Source: an uncultured Sulfurimonas sp.
Lineage (GTDB): Bacteria; Campylobacterota; Campylobacteria; Campylobacterales; Sulfurimonadaceae
Assembly: GCA_964385165.1 (NCBI GenBank)
Contig: CAYLNF010000001.1
Span: 6,533-70,532, forward strand
Length of the DNA: 64,000 nucleotides
Direction: 5' to 3'
Shown here: positions 19,030-28,068 of the stretch, piece by piece
Layout: each line of letters opens with the position of its first letter
How positions within the stretch are numbered: the stretch's first letter is position 1
Program-made: the position numbers and the translations under genes
The notes under the pieces: generated by a model
Databases searched by the model: none
What the model was told of the DNA's origin: nothing
The model's input: only the letters and a program-made list of their open reading frames with translations

Positions 19030-20310
19030 CTATTTAGTAACTATCGCATAACTCAAATCATTTATCTCAGTATGCTTTTTGATAAACTGATTCAAATCTT
19101 TTAGTTTAAGATTCTTGATTTTTTCAAGCTCTTTTTTTGAGTGACCAAGCTCATAACCTTTGTAGTATTCCATAAAAGTACGGTTAAGTCTTTGACTCAT
19201 AGTCTCAACTCTTAGAGGTTCACTACCTAGTAAGAACTTTTTAGTTTGCTCTAGTTCATCTTTAGTTACACCATTTTTTACAAAATCAGCTATAACCTCA
19301 TTTACAGTTTTTTGAGCTTCATCTAACGATTCTAGTTTAGTTTGTAAGTAACCTGTAAAATAGTTACTAGCTTTTGTGATACTAATCCTAGCATAAGCAG
19401 AGTAAGCAAGACCTCTTTTAACCCTTATCTCTTCCATAAGGCGACTTCCAAAACCACCAGTTCCAAGTATAAAAGTAGCTACTCTAGCTTTGTAATAATC
19501 TTCATCCCCCTCATCCATATTATATGGTGAACCAAAATATATATATGCTTGCTCTGTATCTTTTTTCAAGATAGATTGTGATGGCTTTTTAGTTACATCA
19601 TAGTGTTTAACTTCTGAACTTTCACCAATAGGTAAAGATTCTATAACTTTTTTTATCTGCTTTTTAGCATCTTCTATCTCAATATCTCCACCAATAACAA
19701 CTATAAGGTTAGATATATTTAGATGTTTATCTATAAAACTTTCAACATCTTTTAACTCTATACTTTCAATACTCTCTAAAGTCCCATTTGCTGGATTTGC
19801 TAAAACACTACCTTTAAAAAGTATAGATTTTAACTCATTTGAAGCTATATAATCAAAATCATTCTCTTTTCTACTGATAGAGCCTAAAGTCATAGTTTTA
19901 ACTTTTTCAAAAGCCTCTTTAGTAAAATTTGGATTCTTTAAAAGAGATCTGTATTTTTTCAGTGAGTTATTAAACTCCTCTTTTAAAGAACTAATCTCCA
20001 TAACAAAAGTTTCAACACCTGTTGATGAGTGTATATTTATAGCTCTTGATTCTAAAGACTCAGCAAAAGCAGATGAACCTAACTCTTTTGTACCTTCATT
20101 CATAATTTTAGCGCTAAATTTTGCTAAACCAGCTTTTTTAGTATCTGTTATGCTTCCACTATTTGTAAAAACAAACTGTGTAGTCACTAAAGGTAATCTT
20201 ATATCATGTTCAAAAATCATAGGTACTTTTATACCATCTATCTCAATATGTTCTATCGTTGCTGCCATAATTATCTGTCCTAAAAGTAGTAATGAAAGAA
20301 AAAATCTCAT
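19030..20310 (-). CDS. M16 family (pitrilysin-like) peptidase, non-catalytic-type subunit
   Basis: GLAKFSAKIMNEGT (no HXXEH), GGFGSRLMEEIRVKRGLAYSAY. Confidence 0.9.
   Translation of the reverse strand: MRFFLSLLLLGQIIMAATIEHIEIDGIKVPMIFEHDIRLPLVTTQFVFTNSGSITDTKKAGLAKFSAKIMNEGTKELGSSAFAESLESRAINIHSSTGVETFVMEISSLKEEFNNSLKKYRSLLKNPNFTKEAFEKVKTMTLGSISRKENDFDYIASNELKSILFKGSVLANPANGTLESIESIELKDVESFIDKHLNISNLIVVIGGDIEIEDAKKQIKKVIESLPIGESSEVKHYDVTKKPSQSILKKDTEQAYIYFGSPYNMDEGDEDYYKARVATFILGTGGFGSRLMEEIRVKRGLAYSAYARISITKASNYFTGYLQTKLESLDEAQKTVNEVIADFVKNGVTKDELEQTKKFLLGSEPLRVETMSQRLNRTFMEYYKGYELGHSKKELEKIKNLKLKDLNQFIKKHTEINDLSYAIVTK
19032..19062. repeat. 31-bp direct repeat, copy 2 (last codons NDLSYAIVTK of M16 peptidase)
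   Basis: Identical to 18215-18245. Confidence 0.95.
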
Positions 20311-21359
20311 TAGTTAAATATCTCTAAAGTCTCATAAGCAGTATTTCTAACTGCTGGAATCTCACCTATATCTTTTATGAGATGAACCATCTCCTCTTTA
20401 GCCATACTATATGAAGCACCAGCAGAGCTTACAACATTCTCTTCCATCATAGTTGAGCCTAAATCATTTGCCCCAAATCTTAAAGCCATCTGACCAATAT
20501 AAGCACCCTGAGTCACCCAAGAACTTTGAATATTTGGAACATTATCAAGATAAAGTCTTGCTACTGCTAAAAGTCTTAAGTAACGGTTTGCCGATGGTTT
20601 ATCCATATCTGGAATCAATCTTAAAAGTTCAGTATTTTGCCCTTGAAAACTCCACATTATAAAAGCACGAAAACCACCAGTCTCATCTTGAAGTTTACGA
20701 ATCATATCAAAATGTTCTATTATATCTTCATCACTCTCAACTGTTCCATACATCATAGTAGCTGTTGATTTTATACCAAGCTTATGAGCCTCTCTATGTA
20801 TATCTATCCACACCTCAGAATCTATCTTTTTAGGTGCGATAATATCTCGAACTTTATCACTAAGAATCTCAGCACCAGCCCCTGGAATCGAAGCTAAACC
20901 TTTAGCTTTAAGTCTTTCTAAAACCTCTTTAACTGTGATTCTTGAAACCTTAGCTATAAAATCTATCTCAATAGATGAGAATCCATGAATCGTGATTTGT
21001 GGGTATTTAGTATGTATATGCTCAACTAAATCCTCATACCACTCTATTTTTAGTTTAGGGTGAACTCCACCTTGAAAAAGAATCTGAGTTCCACCAATAT
21101 CTAAGAGTTCATCTATCTTAGAATCTATCTCATCAAATGTAAGTACATAAGCATCAGCATCTTTTTCGTGTCTATAAAAAGCACAAAATTTACAATCTAC
21201 CCAGCAGATATTTGTATAGTTTATGTTTCTATCAACAACAAATGTTGTGATTCCTTTTGGATGTAACTCTTTTTTTCTCTCACTTGCCATCTTTCCAAGT
21301 GTTTTTAAATCACAGTTTTTTATTAAATCTAATGCTTCTTGTTTTGTTAATCTTTTCAT
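20310..21359 (-). CDS. mqnC: Dehypoxanthine futalosine cyclase (radical SAM)
   Basis: VDRNINYTNICWVDCKFCAF, GANDLGSTMMEENVV. Confidence 0.93.
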   Translation of the reverse strand: MKRLTKQEALDLIKNCDLKTLGKMASERKKELHPKGITTFVVDRNINYTNICWVDCKFCAFYRHEKDADAYVLTFDEIDSKIDELLDIGGTQILFQGGVHPKLKIEWYEDLVEHIHTKYPQITIHGFSSIEIDFIAKVSRITVKEVLERLKAKGLASIPGAGAEILSDKVRDIIAPKKIDSEVWIDIHREAHKLGIKSTATMMYGTVESDEDIIEHFDMIRKLQDETGGFRAFIMWSFQGQNTELLRLIPDMDKPSANRYLRLLAVARLYLDNVPNIQSSWVTQGAYIGQMALRFGANDLGSTMMEENVVSSAGASYSMAKEEMVHLIKDIGEIPAVRNTAYETLEIFN

Positions 21360-21364
21360 ATAAT

Positions 21365-21472
21365 CTAATGCACTTTATGTGAATGTTCATTTTTTGTACT
21401 GAAGTGAACATAAATGGCAAATATAGTAGCCATTAAAGCAAATGTTCCAGAAACTATTGTTAAATCACTCAT
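21365..21472 (-). CDS. Unannotated 35-aa single-TM peptide MSDLTIVSGTFALMATIFAIYVHFSTKNEHSHKVH
   Basis: Translated by hand; AAGGA RBS; start overlaps end of the 61-aa ORF; fills the gap to mqnC. Confidence 0.65.
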   Translation of the reverse strand: MSDLTIVSGTFALMATIFAIYVHFSTKNEHSHKVH

Positions 21473-21650
21473 CTTGTGTTCCTTTATTTATAAGATATAA
21501 ACCGATTAATATAACTTCAGCTACAAAAAATAATGGTATAACTTCCACCTCTCCACCTTTTACAAGGGGAGTAACTATGGCAACAGCAAACACTATTTTC
21601 GCAACATCAAAAAATAGTTTACCAACCTCTTTTATAGCCTCTTTAGTCAT
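21465..21650 (-). CDS. Small two-TM protein (DUF6722-like)
   Basis: KEVGKLFFDVAKIVFAVAIV pattern; two hydrophobic segments. Confidence 0.65.
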   Translation of the reverse strand: MTKEAIKEVGKLFFDVAKIVFAVAIVTPLVKGGEVEVIPLFFVAEVILIGLYLINKGTQDE

Positions 21651-21652
21651 AT

Positions 21653-22063
21653 CTATTCAGATTTATTTTGATCTTTAGAGATAGCATCTAAAACACCATT
21701 GATAAACTTAGGTGATTGTTCAGTTCCAAATGCTTTAGTAATCTCAACTGCTTCATTTATAACAACAGCAGAATCTAATTCACCAAATAAAATCTCATAA
21801 CTTGCTAATCTAAGAGTAGCTCTCTCAATACTTCCAAGTCTTTCAAAATCCCACTCTTTTAAGTGTTCAACTATCGCCTTATCACAAGCTTCTAAGTTTT
21901 CCATAACACCTGTAAAAAGAGCTAATGCAAAATCTTTTTGTTTATTACGAATCTTTTTCTCTTCTAAAATAGATTCTGAGTGATCAGCTATATCGCCATT
22001 TCCTAAATCATAAGCATAAAGTAAACTTACTACTGCCATTCTTGCGTGATGTCTAGTTGCCAT
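21653..22063 (-). CDS. nusB: Transcription antitermination factor NusB
   Basis: [25 protein letters not shown]. Confidence 0.96.
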   Translation of the reverse strand: MATRHHARMAVVSLLYAYDLGNGDIADHSESILEEKKIRNKQKDFALALFTGVMENLEACDKAIVEHLKEWDFERLGSIERATLRLASYEILFGELDSAVVINEAVEITKAFGTEQSPKFINGVLDAISKDQNKSE

Positions 22064-22527
22064 TATATCGCCTCATATAGGTCTAACATCTCGATAACAG
22101 TAGTCATCGCTTCAAACCCTTTGTTTCCAGCTTTAGTACCAGCTCTCTCTATCGCTTGTTCAATCGTATCTGTTGTTAAAAGACCAAATGAAACTGGTTT
22201 TTGGTATTTTAAACTCATAGTAGCGATACCTTTAGTTGCTTCAGCACTTACATAATCAAAGTGAGGAGTTGCCCCACGAATAACAGCACCTAAAGCACAT
22301 ACAGCATCATATTTACCAGAATCTAAAAGTTTATCTACAACCATTGGAAGCTCAAACGCACCTGGTAATAAAATATGAGTTAAATCATCTTTATCTCCAC
22401 CATGACGAAGAAAAGCATCCTCAGCACCCTCAACAAGTCTATCTACTATAAAATGGTTCCATCTTGTACTAACAATAGCAATTTTTTTACCATTTGTAAC
22501 TTTTAATCTACCTTCAATTAAATTCAT
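22063..22527 (-). CDS. ribH: 6,7-dimethyl-8-ribityllumazine synthase
   Basis: [29 protein letters not shown]. Confidence 0.97.
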   Translation of the reverse strand: MNLIEGRLKVTNGKKIAIVSTRWNHFIVDRLVEGAEDAFLRHGGDKDDLTHILLPGAFELPMVVDKLLDSGKYDAVCALGAVIRGATPHFDYVSAEATKGIATMSLKYQKPVSFGLLTTDTIEQAIERAGTKAGNKGFEAMTTVIEMLDLYEAI

Positions 22528-23319
22528 CTATATCTCCTCTATTTTTTTAATTTTAACTATTAATTTTTCTAATTCGTCTAATTTTACCATATTTGGTCCA
22601 TCACTTAAAGCTATACTTGGGTCAAAGTGTGTTTCCATGAAAAAACCATCCACACCAACAGCAGCAGCACCTTTTGCAAGGTATGGAACCATTGAACTAT
22701 CTCCACCTGTTTTACCATTTTTAGCAGTTGGCATCTGAACAGAGTGAGTAGCATCAAATATAACTGGTGCAAACTTTCTCATAGTTACAAGGTTTCTCAT
22801 ATCTACTACCATATTTCCATATCCAAAAGAGTTTCCTCTCTCACAAAGGTAAACACCATGTTTTAGTGAGTTTTCATAAGTAGCTTCACTACATCCACGA
22901 GTTTGAAGCACTTTTAAAACAGGGTAAACCATAGCATCTCCACCTAAAAACTGACCTTTTTTGATGTTGATTTTACACTCTGTTTTAGCACAAGCTACAA
23001 GTAAATCTGTTTGACGACATAAAAATGCTGGAATTTGAAGCATATCTACAACCTCAGCAACAATTGGCACTTGAGCAGATTCATGAACATCTGTAACTAT
23101 TTTATATCCAAAATCATCTTTTACTTTTTGAAGGATTCTAAGACCTTCATCGATTCCAAGTCCACGAAAACTCTCTAAAGATGTTCTGTTTGCCTTGTCA
23201 AAACTAGCTTTGAAATAAAAATCGATTGTTTCATCTTTATGATATTTTTCTAACGATTTAGCTATTTTAAAAATATTTTTTTCACTCTCTATAACACAAG
23301 GTCCAGTTAGTAGAATCAT
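22528..23319 (-). CDS. kdsA: KDO8P synthase
   Basis: [38 protein letters not shown]. Confidence 0.97.
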   Translation of the reverse strand: MILLTGPCVIESEKNIFKIAKSLEKYHKDETIDFYFKASFDKANRTSLESFRGLGIDEGLRILQKVKDDFGYKIVTDVHESAQVPIVAEVVDMLQIPAFLCRQTDLLVACAKTECKINIKKGQFLGGDAMVYPVLKVLQTRGCSEATYENSLKHGVYLCERGNSFGYGNMVVDMRNLVTMRKFAPVIFDATHSVQMPTAKNGKTGGDSSMVPYLAKGAAAVGVDGFFMETHFDPSIALSDGPNMVKLDELEKLIVKIKKIEEI

Positions 23320-23371
23320 CTGTTTTCCTCAAATTTATTTACAATTTTATCTAATTTATGTATAATCACAG

Positions 23372-23510
23372 CAAGAGTTGAGAGGTTACGCCCTCTCAAC
23401 CTTTAAGTTGACTTTGAATCCAAAGATTCTTATTGTCAGCCTTAGTTGGAACTTTCGCACGAGTTCCTCCTTACTTGCTGATATTGTCCCAGCTTATGCT
23501 GGTGACAATG
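23372..23510 (+). ncRNA. Putative antisense RNA covering the 24-aa ORF (boundaries approximate)
   Basis: TATAAT at 23361-23366 on +, hairpins 23377-23400 and 23483-23509; same layout as 16152-16305. Confidence 0.5.
23386..23460 (-). CDS. Unannotated 24-aa basic peptide MRKFQLRLTIRIFGFKVNLKVERA, AapA-like putative type I toxin
   Basis: GTG start 5 nt after AAGGAGG; GATATAAT at 23513-23520 (-); LxLxIxxxGxKV pattern as in H. pylori AapA (recalled, not searched). Confidence 0.7.
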   Translation of the reverse strand: MRKFQLRLTIRIFGFKVNLKVERA

Positions 23511-23525
23511 AAATTATATCTAAAT

Positions 23526-24422
23526 TTACTTAGCTCTTGCTACTATTATACCTGCTAAAACGATTAAACATATACCACTAAAAGTTACCATATCTGGAAG
23601 GGAATCACCAAGTAATACACCAACTATAATAGAAAAAATAATATTAGAATAACTTACCGCTCCTACAATTCCAGCCTTTGTTTCACCATAAGCTTTTGTC
23701 ATTAAAAGTTGAGATATTGTCGCAAAACCTCCCATACCTAACACATAAAGCCAAACAACACCATGAGGCATAACAAACTCACCAAGTATAAAATCAAACT
23801 CTTCAACATCAAGATATGGTGAGATTATAAAAAGTAGTATCGGCATAATAGTTCCAACACCCATAAATGATAAAACTATCGCTCTGGTATCATAATAATT
23901 TCTAAGCTCTCTTATAGAAGTGTAAGCTAAAGCAGCTCCAACACCACTAAAAACTCCTAGTAGGTCATACTTACTAAACCCTATCCCACTAGGTTGAGTT
24001 ATAAGTAAAATACCAATAAAACCTATACCTATCGCACCCCAAGCTTTTAGTGATAACCTTTCATTTAAAAACATCCAAGCGAATATAGCAGTAAAGATAG
24101 GTGATGTTTTTGAAAATGTCATAGCATCACCAAGCGAGATATGAGCTATGTTATAAAAAAATGCGAGTAAAGCACTAAAACCCATAAAACCACGAAAAAA
24201 AAGTAACCAAGGTTTACCACCTTTTTGAACTAATGGGTCTCTCATAACTGCGATTCCAATCAACAAAACACCAGCGATATTTCTAAAGAATACAACCTCT
24301 AACGAACTCATATATTGACTTGATAGTTTAGCAAAAGCACCCATTATCGCAAATGTAAAAGATGCTATGAGCATATATTTTACACCTTTGTTTAACTCTT
24401 TTAGCATAGCAATTTTTGGCAT
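23526..24422 (-). CDS. DMT/EamA family transporter
   Basis: About 10 TM segments, EVVFFRN, FLNERL repeat architecture. Confidence 0.9.
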   Translation of the reverse strand: MPKIAMLKELNKGVKYMLIASFTFAIMGAFAKLSSQYMSSLEVVFFRNIAGVLLIGIAVMRDPLVQKGGKPWLLFFRGFMGFSALLAFFYNIAHISLGDAMTFSKTSPIFTAIFAWMFLNERLSLKAWGAIGIGFIGILLITQPSGIGFSKYDLLGVFSGVGAALAYTSIRELRNYYDTRAIVLSFMGVGTIMPILLFIISPYLDVEEFDFILGEFVMPHGVVWLYVLGMGGFATISQLLMTKAYGETKAGIVGAVSYSNIIFSIIVGVLLGDSLPDMVTFSGICLIVLAGIIVARAK

Positions 24423-24525
24423 TTAACAACTCCCTGCTTTAAACTTTAGTTTTTATCATAAATGTAATTATACCCATTCATTTTTATAGAGTACAATTAG
24501 ATTAATTTTAATCAAGGATTTTTTT

Positions 24526-25281
24526 ATGGGAAATTTAATCGTATTTATAATTTTAGGTGCTGTACTTTATTATGTATTTAAAAGCTACTCCAACTACACA
24601 ACCGAGTATTCAAAAGAATCGTTAAAAAATGTAAAAATAACTAAAGAATCACTTGAAGGTACTGAACTAGGGATGTTTGTAGCACTTGTTGCTAAAGTAG
24701 CTAAAGCTGATGGAAAAGTTGATGCTCTTGAAGCACAACTAATAGGGATTATGTTTGATGATATATCTGCTGTATTTCCTGAACCTGAACATACTAAAAG
24801 TATATTAAAAGAGATATTTTCTGAACAAAAAGATAGATTTGACAACTTAGAATCTATCGCTCATCAGCTAGGTAAACTAACTAAAAGAGATAAAGCTAAA
24901 CAACAACAATTTATAGGATTTTTAATTCAATTAGCATTTGTTGATGGTGATGTTAGTGAAGCAGAAGATGAGATTTTACAAACCATAGCACAAGCTTTTG
25001 AGTTTAATCCAGATACATATCATGCTATATTTGATCAGTTTGAGCAGATGATGAACAACATCACACCAAAAGCAAATATAGATGATGCTTACAAAATTTT
25101 AGGTGTAAATAAAGATGATGATATGGGAACGATTAAAAAAGCATATAGAAAATTAGTTCGTAAATACCATCCAGATATTATAAAATCACAAGGTAAAGGT
25201 GAGGAGTATATGAAAGAGGCAACTGAAAAAACTCAAGAGATAAATCAAGCTTATAAGATGATAAAAGAGGCTAGAAAATAG
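24526..25281 (+). CDS. djlA: DjlA-like co-chaperone (TM-TerB-like-J domain)
   Basis: AKVAKADGKV; C-terminal J domain YRKLVRKYHPD. Confidence 0.85.
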   Translation: MGNLIVFIILGAVLYYVFKSYSNYTTEYSKESLKNVKITKESLEGTELGMFVALVAKVAKADGKVDALEAQLIGIMFDDISAVFPEPEHTKSILKEIFSEQKDRFDNLESIAHQLGKLTKRDKAKQQQFIGFLIQLAFVDGDVSEAEDEILQTIAQAFEFNPDTYHAIFDQFEQMMNNITPKANIDDAYKILGVNKDDDMGTIKKAYRKLVRKYHPDIIKSQGKGEEYMKEATEKTQEINQAYKMIKEARK

Positions 25282-25282
25282 C

Positions 25283-25615
25283 TTGAAAACCATACTTTTT
25301 TTATCACTTTTTATATCATCTATAAATGCGACAGATATGAGAGGTTTAATTTTTAATGGAAACTGTACCACTTGCCATTTTGAAACTAAAACCATATCTG
25401 CTCCATCTATGAGGATAGTTAAAGAGAACTACTTAAGAGCTTTCCCGATAAAAAAAGATTTTGTAGAGAATATGTCAAAGTGGGTAGTAAAACCAAATAA
25501 AGAAACTTCCATAATGTTAGAAGCGATAGATAAACATGGACTTATGCCTGAACTTGGATTTGAATCTACTACGCTAGAGGAGATTAGCTCATATATTTAT
25601 GATACTGATTTTTGA
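25283..25615 (+). CDS. Monoheme cytochrome c
   Basis: Signal peptide, CTTCH, GLMP axial Met; TTG start. Confidence 0.85.
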   Translation: MKTILFLSLFISSINATDMRGLIFNGNCTTCHFETKTISAPSMRIVKENYLRAFPIKKDFVENMSKWVVKPNKETSIMLEAIDKHGLMPELGFESTTLEEISSYIYDTDF

Positions 25616-25717
25616 TTATGTTACAAGTATACAAGTTAGTAATAATTTAAACTTTTATCTATAAGTTTTTCTATAACAATAACCTTTTATGTTATCATCC
25701 TTTAAAAAAGGATTTTT

Positions 25718-26467
25718 ATGAAAAAAGCATTGATTATTACATCATTAGCATTATCACTTTTAAGTGCTAACACATCATCACACCAAACAGCTCACTGGGG
25801 ATACACAGGTCATACAGCACCAAAATATTGGGGTGAGATAGATGAAAAATTTAAAATGTGTAGCATAGGTAAATCACAATCTCCTATAAATATAACAGAA
25901 GATATAAGTGTAAAAACAGATGGCTTAGATAAGATTCAATTTAACTACCACGCAGATTCAACTGATGTTTTAAATAACGGTCATGCTATACAAGTAAATG
26001 TTGATTCTCACAGTAGTATAAACATAGATAATAAACATTTTGTACTAAAACAGTTTCACTTCCATTCACCAAGTGAAAATGAGATAGATGGTAGAAGCTT
26101 CCCACTTGAAGCACACTTTGTTCATGTAGCTAAAAATGGTGAATTAGCTGTTGTATCTGTTTTATATCAACTAGGTAAAGAGAATGAAACACTTCAAAAA
26201 ATCTTTGATTCTATGCCAAAAGAGGTTAACAAACATAACCCTTTAGAGTTAAACTCTAAAATGATAGATAAACTTTTACCTACATCAAAAGATTATTACT
26301 ATTTCAATGGTTCATTAACAACTCCACCATGTTCAGAGGGTGTTAAGTGGATGGTTCTAAAATCTTATGAAACAATCTCTAAAGCACAACTTAAGCAATT
26401 TACAAATGTTATAGAGGGGAACAACCGCCCTATCCAACCAATAAATGCTAGAAAAGTTATTAAATAA
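25718..26467 (+). CDS. cah: Periplasmic alpha-class carbonic anhydrase
   Basis: HWGYTG, QSPINI, QFHFHSPSEN, EAHFVH, GSLTTPPCSEGV, NNRPIQ. Confidence 0.96.
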   Translation: MKKALIITSLALSLLSANTSSHQTAHWGYTGHTAPKYWGEIDEKFKMCSIGKSQSPINITEDISVKTDGLDKIQFNYHADSTDVLNNGHAIQVNVDSHSSINIDNKHFVLKQFHFHSPSENEIDGRSFPLEAHFVHVAKNGELAVVSVLYQLGKENETLQKIFDSMPKEVNKHNPLELNSKMIDKLLPTSKDYYYFNGSLTTPPCSEGVKWMVLKSYETISKAQLKQFTNVIEGNNRPIQPINARKVIK

Positions 26468-26489
26468 TTTAGCTCCATAAATAGGTATA

Positions 26490-26519
26490 TCGCCTCATTT
26501 ATCTAATTTAATGGGGCGA
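26490..26519. terminator. Hairpin after carbonic anhydrase
   Basis: tcgcctcatt-N10-aatggggcga. Confidence 0.5.
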
Positions 26520-26630
26520 CAAACAAAATATTTTAAATTGATTTTAATTTTTATAATTCTTAAAAATATTAACTCATATAAAGAATATTTTCCTTGTGCT
26601 ATAATAAACAAAAATTATAAGGATTTTATT

Positions 26631-26897
26631 ATGACTGCTAAAGTTAAAACAGATATTTATTTAGATTCAGATATAACAATTCAAGCAAAAGAGATATTTA
26701 AAAAGTATGGTGTTAGTTTAAGTGACGCTATCAATATGTTCTTAACTCAGTCTGTATTAGAAAAAGGTTTACCATTTGAGATAAAAACACCTAATGATGA
26801 AACTATTCAAGCTATAAAAGATGCTAGAGCAAATAAAAATGGTGAGACGATTACATTAGCACAATTAGAAGAAGAATCTAAACAGTGCTTACGATAA
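26631..26897 (+). CDS. RelB/DinJ family antitoxin (start re-placed at MTAKVK, 88 aa)
   Basis: TGCTATAAT 26597-26605 and AAGGA RBS; 'AKEIFKKYGVSLSDAINMFL...GLPFEIKTPNDETIQAIKDA'. Confidence 0.9.
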   Translation: MTAKVKTDIYLDSDITIQAKEIFKKYGVSLSDAINMFLTQSVLEKGLPFEIKTPNDETIQAIKDARANKNGETITLAQLEEESKQCLR

Positions 26898-26932
26898 GAA
26901 GACAAAAATCATATTCTAAGGATTTAGCTAAA
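26885..26932 (+). pseudogene. Truncated YafQ-like toxin N-terminus (MLTIRRQKSYSKDLAK)
   Basis: GTG overlapping the antitoxin end; YafQ-like first residues, then runs into the convergent gene and stops at 27001. Confidence 0.6.
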
Positions 26933-27367
26933 ATCCCTCTCCCAAAAGAAATCTATCCACTCAGTAGCCTCATTTATCCAATAATGAGGCTCGTAAGATG
27001 ATGTTTTTTTATAATAAAGTGTTGCTGATTTAAACTCTATATTTTTAAAATCAGTTTCTAAATAATTCATAATAGCTTTTAGTGTATCGCCACTATCTGA
27101 AATATCATCTACAACCAAAACTCTACTAACATCAGATAGATTACACTCACCAAATATAGTTATCTTATCCCTCTTACAACTTTTATCATAAAGTTCTGTT
27201 CTAATAGTTTCAACTTTACGAATATCCATCCCCTCTGCCATAGCATGAGATAGTGTTAAGCCACCTCTAGCGATTCCTATAATAACTTCTGGATTAAACT
27301 CTTTTGATTTTTTTATAAGTAAGTTTGTATCTTTTTTAAAATGTTCGTATGAATAATAGTAATTCAA
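26924..27367 (-). CDS. Type I phosphoribosyltransferase (purine PRT-like)
   Basis: GIARGG, VLVVDDISDSGDTL, WIDFFWE. Confidence 0.9.
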   Translation of the reverse strand: MNYYYSYEHFKKDTNLLIKKSKEFNPEVIIGIARGGLTLSHAMAEGMDIRKVETIRTELYDKSCKRDKITIFGECNLSDVSRVLVVDDISDSGDTLKAIMNYLETDFKNIEFKSATLYYKKTSSYEPHYWINEATEWIDFFWERDFS

Positions 27368-27474
27368 ATAATCCCCTTTTTTGGTTTAATTATATAGAAT
27401 ATAAATTAATAAATCTGTTTTAAGATTATAGTTGTATAATTTTTTTATTATACAATATGTAAAAGGAGATCAAG

Positions 27475-28068
27475 ATGATCAAATCAATTACAACAATGGC
27501 ATTAGCAGGTCTAGTAGCTTTAACGATTAGTGGATGTGGTAATGCTACACCAACTCCAGCTGAGGAAACTTTAGATGAAAGATGTAGAGATGATGCTGGT
27601 GCTTTAGCTCCTGAGTGGGTATGTACTTCAGCTATCGAAGGTGCTTCTTATGCTGCTGTGGGTATCGGTACTTCTAAAAACGCATCTATGAGAGAAGCTC
27701 AAGCTATGACTAGAGCTCGTGCTAAATTAGCATACCAAGTAAACACTAAAGTAAAAGCTAAAATGGAAGATTTTATGCGTTCAACTGGTAACGGTGATGC
27801 TGAAACTATGGATGCTGTTACAACTGCTGTTACAAAGCAAACTGCTAAATTAAATCTTTCAGGTTCTAGAAAAGTTAAAAGTTTTAGAAGTAAAGATGGA
27901 AAACTTTATGTTTTAGTTGCTGTTTCAGATGAAACTGTAAATAAAAAAGTTAAAGATAGTGTTAAAAATAGTATGAAAACAAGTATGGGTAACGAACAAG
28001 CTTTATGGCAACAATTTCAATCTAAACAAGCTTTAGATTCTTTAGATAAAGAGTTCCCAACTGACTAA
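27475..28068 (+). CDS. LPP20 family lipoprotein
   Basis: Lipobox ISGC, APEWV, ARAKLA. Confidence 0.85.
   Translation: MIKSITTMALAGLVALTISGCGNATPTPAEETLDERCRDDAGALAPEWVCTSAIEGASYAAVGIGTSKNASMREAQAMTRARAKLAYQVNTKVKAKMEDFMRSTGNGDAETMDAVTTAVTKQTAKLNLSGSRKVKSFRSKDGKLYVLVAVSDETVNKKVKDSVKNSMKTSMGNEQALWQQFQSKQALDSLDKEFPTD

Noticed and set aside
16159-23509. Cassette hairpins considered as CRISPR repeats or simple terminators
   Set aside because: No repeat-spacer array or cas genes; the ordered promoter/SD/ORF layout is not explained by a lone terminator
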